Source: Pyrinomonadaceae bacterium | Lineage (GTDB): Bacteria > Acidobacteriota > Blastocatellia > Pyrinomonadales > Pyrinomonadaceae | Assembly (NCBI GenBank): GCA_035296285.1 | Contig: DATHBF010000449.1 | Location: 3,182-67,181 of the forward strand | Length of the DNA stretch: 64,000 nt | Reading direction: 5' to 3' | Part shown: positions 57,985 through 64,000 of the stretch, piece after piece | Position numbering within the stretch: position 1 is the stretch's first letter | How the letters are laid out: every line of letters begins with the position of its first letter | Program-made: the position numbers and the translations under genes | Notes under the pieces: generated by a model | What the model was told of the DNA's origin: nothing | Databases searched by the model: none | The model's input: only the letters and a program-made list of their open reading frames with translations

Positions 57985-59891
57985 TGAAGAAAGGCAACCC
58001 TCACATGAATTTGGTCAGCGACAAGTTGAGATTATTAGAAACCCCTAACCTTACAACTGACGAGCGCACCTTGCTTCGCTGCCAAGTCGCCGCGGACTTA
58101 ATTTACGCGGGGCAGTATGAGGCAGCAAAGGACGCTTTAGGGGACCTGTGGCATGAAATCGGCAACCGCCCTGACCTCAAAGGGCGGTCAATTCTTACCA
58201 CCGCTGAGATTCTGTTGCAATGTGGAGTGTTAAGTGGCTGGCTCGGTAGCGTCCGCAATATCTCTCAGGCTCAAGAACAAGCGAAGAACCTACTCTCAGA
58301 AGCACTCCGACTCTTCGAGGCTCAAGGCTGTCGGTCTAAAGTCTCAGAAGTTCAGTATGAACTCGGCATATGTTACTGGCGTGTTGGTGCCTATGATGAA
58401 GCGCGCATCATTTTACGTGAGGCTCTCCAAGAACTTGGGGAGAACAATATCGAACTTGAAGCAAAAATCTTAATTCGACGAACACTTGTCGAGATTAGCA
58501 CCAACAGAGATCACGAGGCGTGGGAAATTCTCGAAGAGGCCAAATCTTCCTTTGAAACTTGCAGTGATGCGGTTAAGGGAAGGTGGCACGGGCAAAAAGG
58601 TCTAGTCCTATTCAAACTAGCAACTATAGAAAATAGGGCTGATTACTTCGACAGAGCCATCATTGAATATACGGCGGCTATTTACCATTATGAGCGGGCG
58701 AAGCATGAGAGGTACTGCGGCAATAATTTAAACAACTTAGCCTTCCTCCTGTACAAATTAAACCGTTTTAAGGAAGCGCATGAGAATTTAGACCGGGCTT
58801 ATAAGATTTTTGCGAGGCTGAAAGACCCCGGCAATGTGGCGCAGGTGAATGAGACGCGGGCGCGGGCGTTGGTGGCGGAGGGGAGGTTTGAGGAGGCTGC
58901 GCGGGTGGTTGAGCGCGTCGTGAGGGTTTTGGAGCAGGGCGGGGAGAACGGGTTGCTGGCGGACGCTTTGGCGGTGCAGGGGGTGGCGCTGGCGAGGTTG
59001 GGGCAGCAGGAAGGTTCGATGCGGGCGCTGCGGCGGGCGGTGAGCGTGGCGACGGATTCGGGCGCGCACTCGAACGCGGGGCAGGCGGCGCTGACTTTGA
59101 TTGAGGAGCATGCGGAGAGGATGGCGGACGCGGAATTGTATTCCGTCTACCGCAGGGCCGACCGCATGTTGAAGGAGACGCAGGACGCGGAGGACGTGGC
59201 GCGGTTGAGGGCGTGCGCGCGGGTCGTCGTGCGGCGGATGCGTGGGGCGAAGTTGAGTGACGAGGATTTCAGCCTGCCGCGCGTGGTCAGAGAGTACGAG
59301 GCGCGCTTTATCGAGCAGGCGCTGGACCTCGAAGAGGGGAGCGTGACGCGGGCGGCGAAGCGGCTCGGCGTCAAGCACCAGACGCTCGCGCACCTGCTTG
59401 AGACGCGCCACCGGCACCTGTTGCAGAAGAGGCGCCCGGCCGTCAGCCGCCGCCGGAGCATCATCACGGGGCCTCGCGTCATCACCCCTTACAAGAATGT
59501 GAAGGTCGCGCGGCCCGTCTCGATCCTGCTGGTCGAAGACAACGAGATGGTGGCGGAGCCGGTCAGGGACTGCCTTGAGTACGAGGGCTGGCGCGTCGAG
59601 ACGTGCGCCGATGGCGGCGAGGCGCTGCGGCTCATCGAGGGGCCGGAGCACTTCGATTTGCTGCTGCTCGACAACGAGCTGCCGGGGGTGACCGGCCTGG
59701 AACTGATACGCCGCGCGCGCTCACTCGCGCACCGGAGGCGGACGCCTATCGCCATGTTCTCGGGCTGCGACGTGGCCGTCGAGGCGCGCAGCGCCGGCGC
59801 CGACGCCTTCCTCAGAAAGCCGGACGACATGCCCGTGCTCGTCAACGTCATCGGCGGCCTCCTCGCCGAAGAGGCCGCGGACGAGGATTAA
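57984..59891 (+). CDS. cytoplasmic regulator: about 430-aa TPR-like helical-repeat domain + Fis-type HTH + C-terminal receiver (REC) domain
   Basis: The N-terminal helical repeats have TPR-like spacing (YELGICYWRVGAYDEARIILREAL, NNLAFLLYKLNRFKEAHENLDRAYKIF, ...). HTH_8-like segment FIEQALDLEEGSVTRAAKRLGVKHQTLAHLL. REC segment VSILLVEDNEMVAEPVRDCLEYEGWRVETCADGGEALRLI...DLLLLDNELPGVTGLELIR. No signal peptide or TM helix. Confidence 0.75.
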   Translation: MKKGNPHMNLVSDKLRLLETPNLTTDERTLLRCQVAADLIYAGQYEAAKDALGDLWHEIGNRPDLKGRSILTTAEILLQCGVLSGWLGSVRNISQAQEQAKNLLSEALRLFEAQGCRSKVSEVQYELGICYWRVGAYDEARIILREALQELGENNIELEAKILIRRTLVEISTNRDHEAWEILEEAKSSFETCSDAVKGRWHGQKGLVLFKLATIENRADYFDRAIIEYTAAIYHYERAKHERYCGNNLNNLAFLLYKLNRFKEAHENLDRAYKIFARLKDPGNVAQVNETRARALVAEGRFEEAARVVERVVRVLEQGGENGLLADALAVQGVALARLGQQEGSMRALRRAVSVATDSGAHSNAGQAALTLIEEHAERMADAELYSVYRRADRMLKETQDAEDVARLRACARVVVRRMRGAKLSDEDFSLPRVVREYEARFIEQALDLEEGSVTRAAKRLGVKHQTLAHLLETRHRHLLQKRRPAVSRRRSIITGPRVITPYKNVKVARPVSILLVEDNEMVAEPVRDCLEYEGWRVETCADGGEALRLIEGPEHFDLLLLDNELPGVTGLELIRRARSLAHRRRTPIAMFSGCDVAVEARSAGADAFLRKPDDMPVLVNVIGGLLAEEAADED

Positions 59892-59903
59892 TCAGACGAA
59901 AAT

Positions 59904-61316
59904 TCAGGGCCGGCGCGTCAGGTTGTAGTCGCGCAGGCGGCGGTAGAGCGTGGAGGGCGAGATGCCGAGGATTTCGGCGGTCCGGCCGCGGTGCCAGCCG
60001 GTCTGTTCGAGGGCGGCGAGAATCTGCTGGCGCTCCATCTCGCGCAAGGGCGGTGGCACTCCCTGCGGCTGGCCGGCGGGCTGGCCCGCGGGAGTGACGG
60101 CCGCGGGCGCGGCGGCGAAGGGGCGGAAGGAGGATGAAGGGGACGCTATTTCGGGCGGCAGCTCGGCCGTCGTGATGCGCGAGTCGTTGGCGAGGAGGAC
60201 GGCGCGCTCAAGGGTGTTCCGGAGCTGGCGGACGTTGCCGGGCCAGTGGTAAGTCTTGAGGGCTTCGAGGGCTTCGGGCGTCAGTTCGGGCGGGTTGGTG
60301 CCGCCGAGCTGCTTGAGCAGGTGTTGCGCCAGGGGCTCGATGTCTTCGGTGCGCTCGCGCAGGGCGGGCAGCGAAATCTGGAAGCCGTTGACGCGGTAGA
60401 GCAGGTCGGAGCGGAAGCGGCCGTCGCCGACGACCTCGTTGATGTCGCGGTTCGTGGCGGCGACGATCCTGACGTTGACCTGCACCTTCCTGACCGCGCC
60501 CACCCTGTAGAACGAGTTAGTCTCAATCGCCCGCAAGAGCTTCGACTGCAAAGGCGGCGGGAGCTCCGTCACCTCGTCCAGAAAGATCGTCCCGTTGTCG
60601 GCCAACTCCCAGAGGCCGAGCTTGCGCCCCTTCGCGCCGGAGAAGGCGCCGGCCTCGTAGCCGAACAATTCCGACTCAAGTAAAGTTTCCTGGATGGCCG
60701 CGCAGTTGAGGTCGATGAAGGAGCCGCCCGCCCGCAAAGACATGCGGTGGATGGCGTGCGCGATGAGTTCCTTGCCCGTGCCAGACTCGCCCGTGATGAG
60801 CACCGAGGCGTCCGAGGGCGCGACCCGCTCCACCAGCCGCAGCACTTCCCGCATCGAGTCCGAGACGTAGACGATCTCGGGCGCGGCCGTCTGCCGCTCG
60901 ACGAGCGTGCGCAGGCGCGCGTTGTCAACCCTCAGGCGGCGCTTCTCGGCGGCCTGCTTGACGAGCGCGTCCAGCTCGGCGATGCGGTAGGGCTTCGAGA
61001 GGTAGTCGTAGGCGCCGAGCTTCATCGCCTCGATGGCCGACTCGACGGTGGCGTGGCCCGTGAGCATGATGACTTCGGGCGGGTTCGGGCGCTGGTGGAC
61101 GCGGCGCAAAAGCTCCATGCCGTCGAGGCGGGGCATGCTGATGTCCGTGAGCAGCACGTCCACGTTGCTCTCTTCGAGGAGCTTTAAAGCCTCCTCGCCG
61201 TCGGGCGCGACCTTCACGTCGTGGCCCATGCGCTGCAACTCCTTCTGGAGCACGAGACGCAGGTTCGCCTCGTCTTCGGCGACGAGGATTCTGGCGGGCT
61301 GTGTGTTCTGGCTCAA
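59904..61316 (-). CDS. sigma54-dependent response regulator (NtrC family: REC + AAA+ + Fis HTH)
   Basis: REC segment RILVAEDEANLRLVL...DVLLTDISMPRLDG. AAA+ segments VLITGESGTGKELIA and GAFSGA (GAFTGA-like). Also ...RFRSDLLYRVN. The C-terminal segment RTAEILGISPSTLYRRL is the HTH. Confidence 0.9.
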   Translation of the reverse strand: MSQNTQPARILVAEDEANLRLVLQKELQRMGHDVKVAPDGEEALKLLEESNVDVLLTDISMPRLDGMELLRRVHQRPNPPEVIMLTGHATVESAIEAMKLGAYDYLSKPYRIAELDALVKQAAEKRRLRVDNARLRTLVERQTAAPEIVYVSDSMREVLRLVERVAPSDASVLITGESGTGKELIAHAIHRMSLRAGGSFIDLNCAAIQETLLESELFGYEAGAFSGAKGRKLGLWELADNGTIFLDEVTELPPPLQSKLLRAIETNSFYRVGAVRKVQVNVRIVAATNRDINEVVGDGRFRSDLLYRVNGFQISLPALRERTEDIEPLAQHLLKQLGGTNPPELTPEALEALKTYHWPGNVRQLRNTLERAVLLANDSRITTAELPPEIASPSSSFRPFAAAPAAVTPAGQPAGQPQGVPPPLREMERQQILAALEQTGWHRGRTAEILGISPSTLYRRLRDYNLTRRP

Positions 61317-61339
61317 AGGAGGTCCGCTCCCCCGGGTTT

Positions 61340-63385
61340 TTATGGTAGGGCCGGCAGCGAAATCTCGAAGACGGTTCCGTGCCCCACGGCCGAGTCCACA
61401 CTGATGCGGCCGCCGTGCTCGGTAACAATACCATAACAGACGGCAAGTCCGAGCCCCGTCCCTCGGCCGACCTCTTTGGTGGTGAAGAACGGGTCGAAGA
61501 TGCGCTCGCGTATCTCGGGCGCGATGCCCTGCCCCGTGTCGCGGACCCCGATGGAGACGGCGCCCTCGCCATTCCGCGTCGAGAGCGTGAGCGTGCCGCC
61601 GTCGGGCATGGCGTCGATGCCGTTCTCGGCGAGGATGATGACGGCCTGCTGCAACTGCCCGCGGTCGCCCGAGACGCGCGGCAGGTCGCGCGCCGCTTCG
61701 ACCTCGAATCTCACGTCCGCGCCGCGCTTCTGATGAAGGAGGAGGCGCGCGGCCGACTCGACGACTTCCGACAGGTCAATCGGCTCGTGCTCGGCCGGCC
61801 GGGCGCGGCTGAAGTCGAGCAGGCCGTTCGTGATCTGCTTGCAGCGGAAAGCCTCGCCGCGGATGAGTTGCAGGTACTCCCTTAAATCTTCGGCGTCGGC
61901 GCCCGAGCCGTAGACGCGCTCGTCGGCGCGCGTCTCAAGCGCCTCGGCGCAGGCGGCGATGGTGGCGAGCGGGTTGTTGATCTCGTGGACGACGCCGGCC
62001 GCAAGCCTCCCGACGGCGGCGAGCTTTTCCGTCCGGGCGACGGCGCGGCTGGCTAAGACGCGCGCCGTGATGTCCTCGCCGACCGTGATGACGTGCGAGA
62101 CCTCCTCGCCGTCTATGCGCATGGGGACTTTGCTGACGAGCCAGTGGCGCTGGTCGCCCGAGTCGCCGCGCGACTCCTGCTCGATGCGCTCGATCTCGCC
62201 GGTCTCGAAGGCCCGCCTGAACTCTTCTTCCAAGACTTCGCGCGGCTGGCGCGTCAAGACCTCGAAGACGTTGCGGCCGAGCACGGCGCGGCGCGGGATG
62301 CCCTGCCCGCCCGACTCGCGGTTGCGGTTCCAGGCGACGACGCGGTAGTCGCGGTCAACGGCGTAGAGCGAGACGGGCAGGCTGTCGATGATGGCCTCGG
62401 TGAAGCGGCGCTGCGACTCGGCCTCGGCCGTGCGGCGCTCGACCTCGCGCGCGAGCACCGCCGACGTGTGGCGCGCGGCCTCGTAGAGCGCCGAGATGCG
62501 CGCCGCCAGCGCCGCCTGCTGCGCCGCCGCGTCGATCAGGCGCTCCTCGGTCGGGCCGCAGTCGGAGGCGCGGTCGTAGGCGACGACGAGGGCGCCTAGG
62601 GCGCGCTTCTCGAAGGCGAGCGGCGCGGCGTACTCGACGAGGTGGCGCTCGTCGCGCAGCAAAAATTCTTCCGGAGCCTCGATCCGCCTCGGCGCGGCGG
62701 GCGCGGTCGAGAGCCACGCCAGCAGCCTCTCCGAGTTGACGAGCGAGGCGTCCTCCTCCGCGCTCCCCTCTCGGTCGAAGACGCAGACGGTCAGGCCCAG
62801 TCCCTTCCCGCGGTCCGATTCCCTGCGCACGAGCATGGCGGCCGAGAGCGAGGCGTCCGCGCCTTCGTAAGTGGCGCCCGAGACGCGGCGCACGACCTCT
62901 TCGGGGCTCAGGGCGTGCAGCAGCCCGCGCCCGAGGTCGGCGAGGAATGCCAGCTCGCGGTTGCTGCCTTCGAGGGCGCGCTCGCGCTCGGCGGCTTCGA
63001 GGTGCGCGCCGACGCGGCTCAGCAGCTCGCGCGCGGTCTGGCCCTTGACGACGAAGTCGTCGGCCCCGGCGGCGAACGCCTCGACCTTATAGTCCTCGCG
63101 GTCGTGCGAAGAGACGATGATGATGGGGAGCCGCCGGGTGGCGGCCTGGGCGCGCAGGAGCCGGCAGAGGGCGAGGCCGCTGACGCCGGGCAGCTCGATG
63201 TCGAGGATGATGAGGTCGCAGGACTGGCGGTGCAGCTCGCGCAGCGCGGCCGCCGCGTCGGCGCACGCCACGACATCATGGCCCGCGCCGGAGAGCGCCC
63301 GCCGCAGGGCACGCCTCACGCGCTCGTCGTCCTCGACGAGCAGCAGCGTTGAAGACCTCACAGGTGCGCCCGAGGCAGCAGACAT
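61340..63385 (-). CDS. hybrid sensor histidine kinase (N-terminal REC, GAF-like, PAS, HisKA, HATPase_c)
   Basis: REC segment LLLVEDDERVRRAL...DLIILDIELPGVSG. PAS-like segment FTEAIIDSLPVSLYAVDRDYRVVAWN. H-box LAAGVVHEINNPL. N/G boxes ...NGIDAM... and GTGLGLAV. Confidence 0.85.
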   Translation of the reverse strand: MSAASGAPVRSSTLLLVEDDERVRRALRRALSGAGHDVVACADAAAALRELHRQSCDLIILDIELPGVSGLALCRLLRAQAATRRLPIIIVSSHDREDYKVEAFAAGADDFVVKGQTARELLSRVGAHLEAAERERALEGSNRELAFLADLGRGLLHALSPEEVVRRVSGATYEGADASLSAAMLVRRESDRGKGLGLTVCVFDREGSAEEDASLVNSERLLAWLSTAPAAPRRIEAPEEFLLRDERHLVEYAAPLAFEKRALGALVVAYDRASDCGPTEERLIDAAAQQAALAARISALYEAARHTSAVLAREVERRTAEAESQRRFTEAIIDSLPVSLYAVDRDYRVVAWNRNRESGGQGIPRRAVLGRNVFEVLTRQPREVLEEEFRRAFETGEIERIEQESRGDSGDQRHWLVSKVPMRIDGEEVSHVITVGEDITARVLASRAVARTEKLAAVGRLAAGVVHEINNPLATIAACAEALETRADERVYGSGADAEDLREYLQLIRGEAFRCKQITNGLLDFSRARPAEHEPIDLSEVVESAARLLLHQKRGADVRFEVEAARDLPRVSGDRGQLQQAVIILAENGIDAMPDGGTLTLSTRNGEGAVSIGVRDTGQGIAPEIRERIFDPFFTTKEVGRGTGLGLAVCYGIVTEHGGRISVDSAVGHGTVFEISLPALP

Positions 63386-63394
63386 CCTGTGACG

Positions 63395-63423
63395 ATTGAA
63401 AACGAAGGGGCGGGGAAAGTCAA
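63395..63423 (-). promoter_or_regulatory. candidate sigma70-type promoter very close to the kinase start codon
   Basis: The minus strand reads TTGACT-17 nt-TTCAAT. Only 9 nt separate it from the ATG at 63385, which would give a leaderless or near-leaderless mRNA if the promoter is real. Confidence 0.3.
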
Positions 63424-63512
63424 CAAAGGGGTGCCGGGTGCCGGGTTCCAGGTGCCGGGTAGGAGCAGACTGTCCTCACCCGGCACCTGGAACCCGGCAC
63501 CCGGCACCTTTG
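63424..63512 (-). terminator. very long (about 34 bp) near-perfect hairpin directly after the GGDEF gene stop; terminator or REP-like element
   Basis: The arms are CAAAGGGGTGCCGGGTGCCGGGTTCCAGGTGCCGGGT and ACCCGGCACCTGGAACCCGGCACCCGGCACCTTTG, around the loop aggagcagactgtcctc. Each arm contains three GGTGCCGGG-like direct repeats. On the minus strand the stem is followed by TTTGTTGACTTT. Confidence 0.6.

Positions 63513-64000
<488 letters not shown>

Noticed and set aside
57380-57990. Sigma54 (-24 GG / -12 GC) promoter near the small peptide and regulator genes, expected because an NtrC-type activator is adjacent
   Set aside because: The TGGC-containing candidates I checked (57399-57420, 57525-57550 and the minus strand near 57925) do not have GG-N10-GC spacing.

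Overview
High-GC bacterial chromosomal segment (about 65-70% G+C by eye). The gene content looks Acidobacteriota-like: a PadR + ADOP duplicated-permease pair, and a CarboxypepD_reg-type TonB-dependent receptor followed by TPR / CRTAC1(ASPIC-UnbV) / TPR genes. I call about 50 protein genes, one tRNA-Sec (selC) and several terminators, operators and promoters. No transposase, integrase, rRNA or CRISPR array was recognised. Many long ORFs in the track are antisense or out-of-frame artefacts of the high GC content.

Main blocks:
- 1-3195: GT4 glycosyltransferase + LuxC-like ALDH + PaaK/LuxE-like adenylating enzyme.
- 4663-6837: TetR-controlled OYE and NADP-oxidoreductase genes, with a duplicated operator palindrome.
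- 6888-10597: two phosphohexomutase paralogs flanking a secreted SMP-30 protein. One paralog lacks the catalytic Ser.
- 10748-21483: GH20 hexosaminidase and the TonB-receptor/TPR/CRTAC1 operon.
- 21940-26802: a block of uncharacterised envelope proteins.
- 27088-31524: ADOP/PadR, dprA and selC.
- 32565-35480: a 971-aa secreted propeller + lamin-tail-domain protein.
- 35687-51229 (with the thioesterase at 53577-53990): a tryptophan -> kynurenine -> anthranilate -> 2-aminobenzoyl-CoA type catabolic cluster. The normally fused monooxygenase/reductase is split into two convergent genes.
- 51307-53523: an unusual Ser/Thr kinase.
- 57250-64000: a signalling neighbourhood.

Two compositional anomalies stand out:
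1. 45049-45384 is an AT-rich, strictly 21-nt-phased degenerate repeat array lying exactly between the two convergent halves of the split monooxygenase/reductase.
2. 57250-58850 is a low-GC island carrying a small secreted repeat peptide gene, divergent from a mosaic TPR-HTH-REC regulator and bracketed by two copies of a 15-bp perfect palindrome. I consider this a candidate peptide-sensing regulatory module of a kind not described for this phylum.
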